Shown in pieces: positions 11,930 to 26,761 of a stretch of DNA of 64,000 nucleotides (the stretch's first letter is position 1; each line of letters starts with the position of its first letter). This stretch comes from Eledone cirrhosa (lineage: Eukaryota). Location: NCBI GenBank assembly GCA_964016885.1, contig OZ024764.1, positions 4,030,001 to 4,094,000 on the forward strand, read 5' to 3'. Under the pieces are notes generated by a model. That model was not told the origin of the DNA. It saw only the letters and a program-made list of their open reading frames with translations, and searched no databases. Position numbers and translations under genes: made by a program.

Positions 11930-13394
11930 TTAACCCTTTACCATTTACATTACTCTATATATACTATTGTATTTTCACAGTAAAGTCTTTACCTCACATA
12001 ACATTTACATTACTCTATATATACTATTGTATTTTCACAGTAAAGTCTTTACCTCACATAACATTTATATTACTCTATATATACTATTGTATTTTCACAG
12101 TAAAGGCTTTACCTCACATAATATCTCACATAACATTTACATTACTCTATATATACTATTGTATTGTCACAGTAAAGGCTTTACCTCACATAATATCTCA
12201 CATAACATTTACATTACTCTATATATACTATTGTATTTTCACAGTAACGGCTTTACCTCACATAATATCTCACATAACATTTACATTACTCTATATATAC
12301 TATTGTATTTTCACAGTAAAGGCTTTATCTCACATAACATTTACATTACTCTATATATACTATTGTATTTTCACAGTAACGGCTTTACCTCACATAATAT
12401 CTCACATAACATTTACATTACTCTATATATACTATTGTATTGTCACAGTAAAGGCTTTACCTCACATAATATCTCACATAACATTTACATTACTCTATAT
12501 ATACTATTGTATTTTCACAGTAAAGGCTTTACCTCACATAATATCTCACATAACATTTACATTACTTTGTATATACTATTGTATTTTCACAGTAAAGGCT
12601 TTACCTCACATAATAGCTCACATAACATTTACATTACTCTATATATACTATTGTATTTTCACAGTAAAGTCTTTATCTCACATAATATCTCACATAACAT
12701 TTACATTACTCTATATATACTATTGTATTTTCACAGTAAAGGCTTTACCTCACATAATATCTCACATAACATTTACATTACTCTATATATACTATTATAT
12801 TTTCACAGTAAAGGCTTTACCTCACATAATATCTCACATAACATTTACATTACTCTATATATACTATTGTATTTTCACAGTAAAGGCTTTACCTCGCATA
12901 ATATCTCGCATAACATTTACATTACTCTATATATACTATTGTATTTTCACAGTAAAGGCTTTACCTCACATAATATCTCACATAACATTTACATTACTCT
13001 ATATATACTATTGTATTTTCACAGTAAAGGCTTTACCTCACATAATATCTCACATAACATTTACATTACTCTATATATACTATTGTATTTTCACAGTAAA
13101 GGCTTTACCTCACATAATATCTCACATAACATTTACATTACTCTATATATACTATTGTATTTTCACAGTAAAGGTTTTACCTCACATAATATCTCACATA
13201 ACATTTACATTACTCTATATATACTATTGTATTTTCACAGTAAAGGCTTAACCTCACATAATACCTCACATAACATTTACATTACTTTGTATATACTATT
13301 GTATTTTCACAGTAAAGGCTTAACCTCACATAATACCTCACATAACATTTACATTACTTTGTATATACTATTGTATTTTCACAGTAAAGGCTTT
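11930..13394 (+). repeat. piggyBac-MITE end with a 72/60-bp array (about 21 units)
   Basis: Starts TTAACCCTTTACCATTTAC. Unit ACATTTACATTACTCTATATATACTATTGTATTTTCACAGTAAAGGCTTTACCTCACATA(ATATCTCACATA). Interrupted by an RTE fragment, with a remnant AAAGCTTTTACTGTGAA at 14152. Confidence 0.93.
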
Positions 13395-13446
13395 AGCTGT
13401 CGAAACGGCCGCAGCTCGGCCATCGGGGTAAATGTTATGCGAGATA

Positions 13447-14150
13447 TTAAGTTCCGGGGCCATAGTATCTAGAATAAGGACGGGTTGGAAGAAGTTTAGG
13501 GAGCTGCTTCCTCTGCTGACGAAGGGTTTCTTCCTGCGTACGAAAGGCCAGTTATATGATGCCTGTGTGAGGAGCGTGCTGCTGCATGGTAGTGAGACAT
13601 GGGCAGCAACTGCAGAGGATATGCATACTCCATTGGATGTGCAGTGTGAATGTGCGTGAACGACCCAGCATGAATGTGTTGAGAGAGAAACTGTGTCTGA
13701 GAGGGATAGAATGTAGTGTACGGGAGAGGAGACTGAGGTGGTATGGACACGTGATGTGTTGAGAGAGAAACTGTGTCTGATAGGGATAGAATGTAGTGTG
13801 CGGGAGAGGAGACTGAGGTGGTATGGACATGTGATGTGTTGAGAGAGAAACTATGTCTGAGAGGGATAGAATGTAGTGTACGGGAGAGGAGACTGAGGTG
13901 GTATGGACATGTGATGCGCATGGAGGATGACCAATGGGTGAAGAAGTGCCAGGAAATGCCAGTTGAAGGAAGACGTGGTAGAGGTAGACCACGAAAAACA
14001 TGGGCGGAGGTGGTGAGAACAGACCTCAGATCGTTGAAGCTCACGGTGAAGATGACGAGGGACCGTGACGAGTGGAGAGATGCTGTGCTGAATAGGACCC
14101 GTCCCACCCTTGCAAGCAGGGAAAAGCTGACGTAAAATGATGATGATGAT
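13447..14150 (+). mobile_element. RTE LINE 3' fragment with an 80-bp segment triplicated
   Basis: Encodes SRIRTGWKKFRELLPLL...LYDACVRSVLLHGSETW...ERRLRWYGHVMRM...RGRGRPRKTW and ends in a (GAT)n tail. Confidence 0.92.
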
Positions 14151-14252
14151 CAAAGCTTTTACTGTGAAAGGACAATTTTTTTTAAATCCCCCAAAACATT
14201 TAGAATTTTTGATGTTTATTCATTATATATATTTTTTCTTTCTTTTTTGTAG

Positions 14253-14278
14253 CTTCCTGGTGGCACAGACGCACTTGA
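14253..14278 (+). CDS. Probable terminal coding exon (phase 1): (A)SWWHRRT*
   Basis: Strong acceptor ttttttctttcttttttgtag|. G plus CT gives Ala, and TGA lies at 14276-14278. Confidence 0.72.
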
Positions 14279-14299
14279 TTGAATCATCTCTATAGAATG

Positions 14300-14330
<31 letters not shown>

Positions 14331-14531
14331 TCTATTACCACTAAAACTGTCATAGCCTCCGTGCTACTACTACTAACACTACTACAACTACTATTACTAC
14401 CACTACAACTGTTGATATCGCAACCATGCTAATACTACCACTACTACTACTACTTCCCACTTTAATACATTCTCTCTTCTACAACTACTACCACCATTAC
14501 CACTACTACTACTACTGATATAGCTACTGCT

Positions 14532-14562
<31 letters not shown>

Positions 14563-17163
14563 TACTACTTCGATACATACCCTCCTTTCCCCTATTATTA
14601 CTACTATGTATCCTTTTGATACATACACGGCATCCCACCCCACCACCACCATCTCCCCCACCAACATCGTTCCTACCATCCCCCTCCCACCACATCTCCA
14701 CCTCCCACCCACCACTGCATCACCCCACCCCACCAACATTGTTCCCACCACCATCTCCATCCCAATATCACATACCCCACCACCACCAACACCGTTCTCA
14801 CCATCTCCATCCCAGCACCACATCCCCACCATCACCTCCCCTCTCACCACCAGCATCGTTCCCACCATCTCCATCACCTCCCCCACCACCATCTCCACCC
14901 CAGCACCACATCCCCTCCCACCATCTCCACCCCTCCACCAGCATCGTTCCCACCATCTCCATCACCTCCCCTCCCAGTATCGTTCCCACCATCTCCACCC
15001 CAGCACCACATCCCCCTCCCCCTCCCACCATCTCCACCCCTCCACCAGCATCGTTCCCACCATCTCCATCACCTCCCCCACCACCATCCACCTCCATCAC
15101 CTCCCCCACCACCATCCACATCCCCACCATCTCCATCCCATCACCACATCCCCACCCCCTCCCCCTCCCACCATCTCCACCCCTCCACCAGCATCGTTCT
15201 CACCACCCCAAGTCCGTCATATTTCAGTTTTCAATTCAATTCTATTCTAAATACTTAAATTTTAACAATCCTTAATACACATTTCTGTAGTGAAATGTCG
15301 TCATTTCTAATGAAGAGACAAGCCTCGTTAATTGCCTCTCAACTGGTTCGTTTGTTTTTGTCATCAGCAGCATTGTCACAGTCACAGTTGTCATCAGCTA
15401 CAAACAGCCCAGGCCCACCATCACCGCACCACCACCATCATCAATACTACCATCCTCACACCTCCACCACCACCATCAATACTACTACCATCCCCACACC
15501 ACCACCATCACTACCATCAATACTACCACCACCACCATCCCCACACCACTACCATCAATACTACCACCATCCCCACACCACCACCACCACCACCATCAAT
15601 ACTACTACCATCCCCACACCACCACCACCAGCACCACCATCAATACTACTACCATCCCCACACCACCACCACCATCAATACTACCACCACCACCATCCCC
15701 ACACCACCACCACCATCAATACTACTACCATCCCCACACCACCACCACCACTACCATCAATACTACCACCATCCCCACACCACCACCACCACCACCATCA
15801 ATACTACTACCATCCCCACACCACCACCACCACCACCATCCCCACACTACCACCACCATCAATACTACCACCATCCCCACACCACCACCACCACCATCCC
15901 CACACTACCACCATCAATACTACCACCATCCCCACACCACCACCACCACCACTACCATCAATACTACTACTATCCCCACACCACCACCACCATCAATACT
16001 ACTACTATCCCCACACCACCACCACCATCAATACTACTACCATCCCCACACCACCACCACCATCAATACTACCACCACCACCATCCCCACACTACCACCA
16101 CCATCAATACTACCACCATCCCCACACCACCACCACCACTACCATCAATACTACCACCACCACCATCCCCACACTACCACCACCACCACCACTACCATCA
16201 ATACTACTACTATCCCCACACCACCACCACCATCAATACTACTACCATCCCCACACCACCACCACCACTACCATCAATACTACCACCACCACCACCATCA
16301 ATACTACTACCATCCCCACACCACCACCACCACTACCATCAATACTACCACCACCACCATCCCCACACTACCACTACCACCACCACCACCATCCCCACAC
16401 CACCACCACCACCACCACCACTACCATCAATACTACCACCACCACCATCCCCACACCACCACCACCACCACCATCAATACTACCACCATCCCCACGCCAC
16501 CACCATCATCATCATCACCATGGATTGGCAGTATCGGTAGAGGGTCGGACGCCATGCTTTGTTTGACGCAGAGTTACGGCCCTTGCCATTCTGAGTTCAA
16601 ATCCCGCCGAGGTTAACTTTGCCTTTCATCCTTACGGGGTCGATAAAATAAAGTACCAGTAATGCACTGGGGTAATTGCTGGCCCCTTGTGCCAGAAGTA
16701 GAAACAATTACCACCACCATCTCCACCACCATCTCCACTACCATCACCACCATCTCCACTACCACCACCATCATCACCACCACCATCTCCACCACCACCA
16801 CCCACCACCACCACCACCACCCACCACCACCACCATCTCCACTACCATCACCACTACCACCACCATCATCACCACCACCATCTCCACCACCACCTCCACC
16901 ACCACCTCCACTACCACCACCACTACCACCCACCACTACCATCCACCATCTCCACCACTACCACCATCACCACCACCACCACCACCATCTCCACCACTAC
17001 CACCATCTCCACCACCACCATCTCCACTACCACCACCACTACCACCACCACCACCACCATCCACCATCTCCACCACTACCACCACCACCACCACCACCAC
17101 CACCATCTCCACCACCACCACCACTACCACCATCTCCACTACCACCATCTCCACCACCACCAT

Positions 17164-17194
<31 letters not shown>

Positions 17195-18180
17195 ATCTCC
17201 ACCACCACTACCACCACCACCACCACCACCACCACCACCACCATCTCCACTACCACCACCACCACCACCATCTCCACCACCACCACCACCACCACCACCA
17301 TCTCCACTACCACCACCACCACCACCATCTCCACCACCACCACCACCACCACCACCACCACCACCATCTCCACTACCACCACCACCACCACCATCTCCAC
17401 TACCATCATTATCCTCCTCGTTAACAACAAAGAGTAAACGAAGAAAACAAAAACTATCTGACTAAGCCAAGTTCACTGTCATCTCCACCCCCACCATCCC
17501 CACCACCACCACCTCCACTACCATCATTACCACTACCATCACTATCACCACCACCACCGTCTCCACCACTACCGTCTCCACCACTACCATCATTACCACT
17601 ACCACCACCGCCGCCGTCTCCACCACCGCCGTCTCCACCACCGCCATCCCAACCACACCGTCTCCTCCACCACCATCATTACCACTACCATCACTACCAC
17701 CACCACCACCGCCGTCTCCACCACCGCCATCACCACCACCATCATTACCACTACCACCACCACCGCCATCTCCACTACCATCACCACCACCGCCATCCCA
17801 ACCACCACCGTCTCCTCCACCACCATCTCCACTACCATCATTACCACTACCATCACTATCACCACCGCCTCCGTCACCATTACCTCCACCACCATCTCCA
17901 CTACCATCATTACCACTACCATCACTATCACCACCGCCTCCGTCTCCACCACCATTACCTCCACCACCATCTCCACTACCATCATTACCACTACCATCAC
18001 TATCACCACCGCCTCCGTCTCCACCACCATTACCTCCACCACCATCTCCACCACCGCCATTACCACCACCACCATCTCCACTACCATTACCACCACCACC
18101 ATTACCACCACCACCACCACCGCCATTACCACCACCACCACCACCGCCATTACCACCACCACCACTACCATCATAATTGT
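14300..18180. repeat. Low-complexity (ACT)n/(CCA)n-derived tracts with small unique islands
   Basis: Successive blocks of TAC, CCATCTCCACC, CATCAATACTACCACC and CCA repeats. These produce the Pro/Thr/His/Val/Gly ORF artefacts. Confidence 0.9.
16522..16710 (+). mobile_element. tRNA-derived SINE family A
   Basis: TGGCAGTATCGG A box, GAGTTCAAATCC B box, central GCCTTTCATCCTTACGGGGTCGATAAAATAAAGTACCAG domain, and AGAAACAATTA tail. More than 12 full or partial copies occur in the window. Confidence 0.88.
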
Positions 18181-18189
18181 CACCTCAGT

Positions 18190-18612
18190 GTCGTCGCCAT
18201 TGACAACGACAGCCATCGCCATTGACAACAATGACAGCCATTGCCATTGACAACAATGACAGCCATTGCCATTGACAACAATGACAGCCATCGCCATTGA
18301 CAACAATGACAGCCATCGCTATTGACAACAATGACAGCCATCGCCATTGACAACAATGACAGCCATTGCCATTGACAACAATGATAGCCATCGCTATTGA
18401 CAACAATGACAGCCATCGCCATTGACAACAATGATTGCCATTGACAACAATGATAGCCATCGCTATTGACAACAATGACAGCCATCGCCATTGACAACAA
18501 TGATTGCCATTGACAACAATGATTGCCATTGACAACAATGATAGCCATCGCCATTGACAACAATGATTGCCATTGACAACGACAAAAATGACAGCCATCG
18601 CCATTGACAACA
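18190..18612. repeat. 25/18-bp minisatellite GCCATTGACAACAATGA(CAGCCATC)
   Basis: Direct inspection. Confidence 0.92.
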
Positions 18613-18656
18613 GCTACATCATCACCCCAACCAACAATCTGCCACGAACATCCACT

Positions 18657-19972
18657 ATGTACATATATATATACATACACACACACACATGTATGTATGT
18701 ATGTATGTGTATATATATATATACACATACATGTATGTGTGTATGTATATATATATATACACATACATGTATGTGTGTATGTATATATATATACACATAC
18801 ATACATACATACATACATACATACATGTATGTATGTATGTGTATATATATATATATATACATACATGTATGTATGTATGTGTATATATATATATATATAC
18901 ATACATGTATGTATGTATGTGTATATATATATATATATACATACATGTATGTATGTATGTGTATATATATATATATATACATACATGTATGTATGTATGT
19001 GTATATATATATATATACATACATGTATGTATGTATGTGTATATATATATATATACATACATGTATGTATGTATGTGTATATATATATATATACATACAT
19101 GTATGTATGTATGTGTATATATATATATATACATACATGTATGTATGTATGTGTATATATATATATATACATACATGTATGTATGTATGTGTATATATAT
19201 ATATATACATACATGTATGTATGTATGTGTATATATATATATATACATACATGTATGTATGTATGTGTATATATATATATATACATACATGTATGTATGT
19301 ATGTGTATATATATATATATACATACATGTATGTATGTATGTGTATATATATATATATACATACATGTATGTATGTATGTGTATATATATATATATACAT
19401 ACATGTATGTATGTATGTGTATATATATATATATACATACATGTATGTATGTATGTGTATATATATATATATACATACATGTATGTATGTATGTGTATAT
19501 ATATATATACATACATGTATGTATGTATGTGTATATATATATATATACATACATGTATGTATGTATGTGTATATATATATATATACATACATGTATGTAT
19601 GTATGTGTATATATATATATATACATACATGTATGTATGTATGTGTATATATATATATATACATACATGTATGTATGTATGTGTATATATATATATATAT
19701 ACATACATGTATGTATGTATGTGTGTATATATATATATATATACATACATGTATGTATGTATGTGTATATATATATATATATATACATACATGTATGTAT
19801 GTATGTGTATATATATATATATATATACATGTATGTATGTATGTGTATATATATATATATACATACATGTATGTATGTATGTGTATATATATATACATAC
19901 ACACATACATGTATATGTATATATATATATATACATACACACATACATGTATGCATGTATACATACATACAC

Positions 19973-20013
<41 letters not shown>

Positions 20014-20070
20014 CACACATACATGTATGTATGTGTGTATGTATGTATATATATATATATAGATATAGAT
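18657..20070. repeat. Compound (TA)/(TACA)/(TATG) satellite, period about 38-40 bp
   Basis: Repeats of ATACATACATGTATGTATGTATGTG(TA)n. Confidence 0.95.
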
Positions 20071-20365
20071 AGGTAAATATACACGGGTGTGTATGATTGT
20101 GTATAGAAGATTATATTAATAAGAGGAATTCCAACTTTGTCTGATTTACTCGTTTTATTTACAATCCTTTAAAATATATATAATGGTATTATAATGAAAT
20201 AGTTGGAATTCCTCTTATTAATATATATATATACACACCTACTGTAATCTTTAACCTATTATATATGAAATGTAAGCCCACCATATATACAAAATAAATT
20301 CGTGGTACTGTGGCAGCTGGCTGTCTTAAATGGTCTTTCTTTTATTTTCTTTCTCTTTTGTGTAT

Positions 20366-20399
<34 letters not shown>

Positions 20400-20652
20400 C
20401 CGTTTTACGTTCGTTCTTCCACGCTAGCATGGGTTAGACGGGTTGTCCTGTTGTGGGCAGTGTCTGGTCGGCTGACCATACCTTGCTCATACAGGAACTG
20501 ATGCTGGCTTGATTTCTACAGCTGGATGCCCTTCCTAACACCAACCTCATTTACAGTGTGGGCTGGGTGCTTTTTTGCCGTGGCACCTCCACGTCCACTT
20601 TACAGTGTGGGCTGGGTGCTTTTTTGCCGTGGCACCTCCACGACCACCTTGC
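20366..20652 (-). mobile_element. SINE family B, 3' half
   Basis: Reverse complement of 10240-10458. Confidence 0.8.
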
Positions 20653-20727
20653 GGTGGGGGGTGTGGGGGCATATTGTTTATATGCTTCAGCATGTACCCA
20701 TGGGAGGTCGGGTACCCTGTATTACTG

Positions 20728-20764
<37 letters not shown>

Positions 20765-20769
<5 letters not shown>

Positions 20770-21306
20770 TGAGTGCTACAGGTAACATGTCACCCAGTAC
20801 ATCCTGTCTCATGGTCAGGTCGTCAGCAACTAAACCAGCAACCCCCGACAAGCTTGCTTGGTGAGGGGGGTGGGGGTGATATTTGGACACCCTGCGGGAT
20901 GAAATACAAGACCCGGCAAAGGGCAGAGGAACTCAGCAGAGTCAACAGCCACCCAAATAGTACTTTTTTTTTTTTTTTTTCCACCAGGGAGTGAAAGGCC
21001 CCCAGTTGTTGTCACAACACCTTTCTAAGAGAGGGGAAACTCTGAAAATAAAACCTGCGGCTTCGGAAACATCCGATGATGTTGAGACCAGTTCCCCTTT
21101 TCAGGTAGTGTTTTCGATGTTCAGAGAGTGGGATTGGGGGACTGGGGAAAGTCCTTTCTCCACTTCAAAAAAAACCTTCAAAGCTGAGGCATTGTTTGTT
21201 CAGGATATGTTACAGGTTCGTGTGGCTGGCCATAGCCTAAAGGTGCACCAAACTCTATAATCTGACCAGCGATTGCAATACTCTTAGCAGAGTTTGCAGC
21301 CATCAT
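20765..21306 (+). mobile_element. Second bipartite RTE-derived non-autonomous element
   Basis: Carries TTCTAAGAGAGGGGAAACTCTGAAAATAAAACC (RTE 5'UTR-like motif) and a 3' hairpin ending CAGCCATC(AT)n. Flanked by (TA)n on both sides. Confidence 0.55.
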
Positions 21307-21751
21307 ATATATATATATATGTGTGTGTGTGTATGTTTGTGTATATGTGTGTGTGTGTTTGTATGTGTATATATTTGTGTGTGTGTGTTAGTATGTGTAT
21401 ATGTGTGTGTGTATTTGTATATATGTGTGTGTGTGTTTGTATGTGTATATATTTGTGTGTGTGTGTTAGTATGTGTATATGTGTGTGTGTATGTGTATAT
21501 ACACTAGCAAAATACACTGTTGTTGCTGGGCACACTTAAATGAGATAAAGTGAATAACTGAATTAAGGTAGAAAAAACGCTGTAAGTATTCAATATTAAT
21601 CAATATTATAGATGTATTGATCGTTGTAAAGCAGGCAACAAAACAAATTAAACGTTTCTTTTCACATGGAAATAGTTTTCTAAGAGAGACAAAATAAAAT
21701 GTAGAGAATCCATTGCCAATAAAGCCCTACCTCACCCAGTCTCTATTTTTA

Positions 21752-21995
21752 GGAGAGGAGATTACGTTGGTATGGACATGAGATTCGTAGGAAGGATGAC
21801 AGCTGCATAAAAAGGTGCAGAGCACTAAAAGTCGATGGAAGCCGTGGAGTGGAGAGACCCAAGAAGATCTGGGATGAGGTGATAAAAGCCGACCTTGCCC
21901 AATTGCACTCTCAAAGGCGATGACACAGGACCGAGACCTCTGGCGTCACGCAGTAATACAGAAGACCCGACTTCGCACGGGTACAAGCCAAAGCA
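21752..21995 (+). mobile_element. Degenerate RTE 3' fragment
   Basis: Encodes ERRLRWYGHEIRRKDDSCIKRC...RPKKIWDEVIKADL. Confidence 0.8.
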
Positions 21996-22018
21996 TATAT
22001 ACAGTATGCCCCCACCCT

Positions 22019-22715
22019 CTGTAAAGTGGTCATGTAGGTGTCACGACAAAGTACCCAGCCCACACTGTAAAGTGGTCATGTAGGTGTCACAACAAAAAGC
22101 TCCCAGTCCACACTGTAAAGTGGTTGTATTGGTGTTACAACAAAAAGTACCCAGTCAACACTGTAAAGTGCTCATGGAGGTGTCAACAAACAACACCCAG
22201 TCTACACTGTAAAGTGGTCATGTAGGTGTCACAACAAAAGTACCCAGTCCACACTGTAAAGTGGTCATGTAGGTGTCACAACAAAAGCACCCAGTCCACA
22301 CTGTAAAGTGGTCATGTAGGTGTCAACAAACACCCAGTCTACACTGTAAAATGGTCATGTAGGTGCCACCACAAACACCCAGTCCACACTGTAAAGTGGT
22401 CATGTAGGTGTCACATCAAAAAGCACCCAGTTCACACTGTAAATTGGTCATGTAGGTGTCAACAAAAAGTACCCAGTCTACACTGTAAAGTGGTCATGTA
22501 GGTGTTACAACAAACGACACCCAGTCCACACTAAAGTGGTCATGTAGGTGTCACATCAAAAAGCACCCAGTCCACACTGTAAAGAGGTCATGTATGTGTC
22601 ACAACAAAAAGTACCCAGTCCTCACTGTAAAGTGGTCATGTAGGTGTCATGACAAACAACACCCAGCCACACTGTAAAGTGGTCATGTAGGTGTCACAAC
22701 ATAAAGTACCCAGTC
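22019..22715 (-). repeat. 48-bp minisatellite (about 14 diverged copies), same family as 5996-7115 but inverted
   Basis: Unit ACACTGTAAAGTGGTCATGTAGGTGTCACAACAAAAAGTACCCAGTCC. Confidence 0.92.
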
Positions 22716-22968
22716 CATTTACAAGAGGGGGCCACACAATTCCATGTACCCAGTGGCGTGTTCTCACCAGACAGCTTCTTACATGAAAAGGTTAGATTCC
22801 CGAAGCAATCCAAATTGAAGCAACAAGGGAACGGACGAAGATGTTTGTGAATCCTTCGTCCGTTCCCTTGTGGTTTCAATTTGGATTGCTTCGGGAATCT
22901 AACCTTTTCATGTAAGAAACTGTCTGGTGAGGTCACGGAATTGTGTGGCCACTGTTGTAAATGGACTG
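22712..22968. repeat. Long imperfect palindrome
   Basis: CAGTCCATTTACAA...GGAACGGACGAAG / CTTCGTCCGTTCC...TTGTAAATGGACTG, with a loop of about 14 nt. Confidence 0.85.
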
Positions 22969-23072
22969 TGTATCAGATGTACCAGGCCTTATCAATAAAG
23001 GACTTTAACATCTGAAACTAACTCGCATTTTCTTATATATATATGTCTGTTTGTCTCTTCCTATCTATATCT

Positions 23073-23433
23073 CATCATTATGGTCATCACCGTTTTACGT
23101 CCGTTCTTCCACGCTAGCATGGGTTAGACGTGTTGTCCTGTTGTGGGCAGTGTCCGGTCGGCTGACATTGTCTTGCTCATACAGGAACTGATTCTGGCTT
23201 GATTTCTACAGTGAGTGCTGGGTGCTTTTTTACCATGGCACCTCCACGACCACTTTGCAGTGGAATGATAGGGACCCCAGTCCCTATCATCTCATTTCTA
23301 CAGCTGAGTAAACTGGAACAATGTGAAATAAAGTGTTTTGCTCAAGGAAACAACACATCACCCGGTCTGAGAATTGAACTCACAACCTATCGATTGCAAG
23401 GACAATGCTCTAACCACTAAGCCATATGCCTCC
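23073..23433 (-). mobile_element. SINE family B
   Basis: Reverse complement of 10067-10458 with an internal deletion. Confidence 0.85.
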
Positions 23434-23897
23434 ATATATATATATTGGTATCGTAACGTTGTAGTAACTGGCCTTAATAATTATACTAAACCTCGCCCTA
23501 CAGACTTCAGATGATCTATACCCTGGGCAGTTCTACCAATTTATTACAACAATATTCGCCTCCTGGAATGTGTCCCAGAGATTCTTCAACTGCGTGGAAG
23601 ACTGTCAACACTCTTACCCTGTAGAAAGCTCTCCTAGACAAGTTCCCCCATTCTATGATCATCAAGCCACTGATAATGGACCTCCGGGAGTTCAATTACT
23701 CCCTAAAAAAATATTCCTCCTGCTTAAAATAGGACTTATTTGAAACTCCTACGTAACATAGAAACTGCAGTTGAAGCCCCTCAATGGCAGGCATTCACCA
23801 TGATAGAAAGTTATAGGACACTGATTATGTTCAACTTAAACATCAACAAAATATCCACCCAAGGGAAATGGGCTCGCTTCTTTCAAATCTGATCTAA

Positions 23898-26761
23898 TTA
23901 ACCCTTTAGCATTTACATTACTCTATATATACTATTGTATTTTCGCAGTAAAGGCTTTACCTCACATAATATCTCACATAACATTTACATTACTCTATAT
24001 ATACTATTGTATTTTCACAGTAAAGGCTTTACCTCACATAATATCTCACATAACATTTACATTACTCTATATATACTATTATATTGTCACAGTAAAGGCT
24101 TCACCTCACATAATATCTCGCATAACATTTACATTACTCTATATATACTATTGTATTTTCACAATAAAGGCTTTACCTCACATAATATCTCACATAACAT
24201 TTACATTACTCTATATATAGTATTGTATTTTCACAGTAAAGGCTTTACCTCACATAACACTTACATTACTCTATATATACTATTATATTTTCACAGTAAA
24301 GGCTTTACCTCACATAATATCTCACATAACACTTACATTACTCTATATATACTATTATGTTTTCACAGTAAAGGCTTTACCTCACATAACATTTACATTA
24401 CTCTATATATACTATTGTATTGTCACAGTAAAGGCTTTACCTCACATAATATCTCACATAACATTTACATTACTCTATATATACCATTGTATTGTCACAG
24501 TAAAGGCTTTACCTCACATAATATCTCGCATAACATTTACATTACTCTATATATACCATTGTATTGTCACAGTAAAGGCTTTACCTCACATAATATCTCA
24601 CATAACATTTACATTACTCTATATATACTATTGTATTTTCACAGTAAAGACTTTACCTCACATAATATATCACATAACATTTACATTACTCTATATATAC
24701 TATTGTATTGTCACAGTAAAGGCTTTACCTTACATAATATCTCGCATAACATTTACATTACTCTATATATACTATTGTATTTTCACAGTAAAGGCTTTAC
24801 CTTACATAATATCTCACATAACATTTACATTACTCTATATATACTATTGTATTGTCACAGTAAAGGCTTTACCTTACATAATATCTCACATAACATTTAC
24901 ATTACTCTATATATACTATTGTATTTTCACAGTAAAGGCTTTACCTCACATAATATCTCACATAACATTTACATTACTCTATATATACTATTGTATTGTC
25001 ACAGTAAAGGCTTTACCTCACATAATATCTCACATAACATTTAAATTACTCTATATATACTATTGTATTTTCACAGTAAAGGCTTTACCTCACATAACAC
25101 TTACATTACTCTATATATACTATTATATTTTCACAGTAAAGGCTTTACCTCACATAATATCTCACATAACACTTACATTACTCTATATATACTATTATGT
25201 TTTCACAGTAAAGGCTTTACCTCACATAACATTTACATTACTCTATATATACTATTGTATTGTCACAGTAAAGGCTTTACCTCACATAATATCTCACATA
25301 ACATTTACATTACTCTATATATACCATTGTATTGTCACAGTAAAGGCTTTACCTCACATAATATCTCACATAACATTTACATTACTCTATATATACCATT
25401 GTATTGTCACAGTAAAGGCTTTACCTCACATAATATATCACATAACATTTACATTACTCTATATATACTATTGTATTTTCACAGTAAAGGCTTTACCTCA
25501 CATAATATCTCACATAACATTTACATTACTCTATATATACTATTGTATTTTCACAGTAAAGGCTTTACCTCACATAATATCTCGCATAACATTTACATTA
25601 CTCTATATATACTATTGTATTTTCACAGTAAAGACTTTACCTCACATAATATCTCACATAACATTTACATTACTCTATATATACTATTGTATTGTCACAG
25701 TAAAGGCTTTACCTTACATAATATCTCACATAACATTTACATTACTCTATATATACTATTGTATTTTCACAGTAAAGGCTTTACCTTACATAATATCTCA
25801 CATAACATTTACATTACTCTATATATACTATTGTATTGTCACAGTAAAGGCTTTACCTTACATAATATCTCACATAACATTTACATTACTCTATATATAC
25901 TATTGTATTTTCACAGTATAGGCTTTACCTCACATAATATCTCACATAACATTTACATTACTCTATATATACTATTGTATTGTCACAGTAAAGGTTTTAC
26001 TTCACATAATATCTCGCATAACATTTACATTATTCTATATATACTATTGTATTTTCACAGTAAAGGCTTTACCTCACATAATACCTCACATAACATTTAA
26101 ATTACTCTATATATACTATTGTATTTTCACAGTAAAGGCTTTACCTCACATAATATCTCACATAACATTTACATTACTCTATATATGCTATTGTATTTTC
26201 ACAGTAAAGGCTTTACCTCACTAAATATCTTACATAACATTTACATTACTCTATATAGACTATTGTATTTTCACAGTAAAGTCCTTACCTCACATAACAT
26301 TTACATTACTCTATATATACTGTTGTATTTTCACAGTAAAGGCTTTACCTCACATAATATCTCACATAACATTTACATTACTCTATATATACTATTGTAT
26401 TTTCACAGTAAAGGCTTCACCTCACATAATATCTCACATAACATTTACATTACTCTATATATAGTATTGTATTTTCACAGTAAAGGCTTTACCTCACATA
26501 ACACTTACATTACTCTATATATACTATTATATTTTCACAGTAAAGGCTTTACCTCACATAACATTTACATTACTCTATATATGCTATTGTATTGTCACAG
26601 TAAAGGCTTTACCTCACATAATATCTCACATAACATTTACATTACTTTGTATATACTATTGTATTTTCACAGTAAAGTCTTTACTTCACATATGTGAGGT
26701 AAACCCTTTACCATGAATATATAATAGTATATATAGAGTAATGTAAATATTAAAGGGTTAA
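23898..26761. mobile_element. piggyBac-type MITE expanded by a 72/60-bp array (about 40 units)
   Basis: TTAACCCTTTAGCATTTAC ... GTAAATATTAAAGGGTTAA. Both ends are of the array-bearing type. Confidence 0.9.

Noticed and set aside
20988-21104. Exon-like segment after a T-run (ccaccag|GGAGTG...CAG|gtagtg)
   Set aside because: It contains the RTE 5'UTR-like motif, sits in an element ending with the shared 3' stem-loop, and lies downstream of the host stop codon.
23450-23890. Unique-looking stretch with NNIRLLECV-like words
   Set aside because: It is possibly a very old CR1/L2 relic (I..LE.VQR motif), but too degraded to call.
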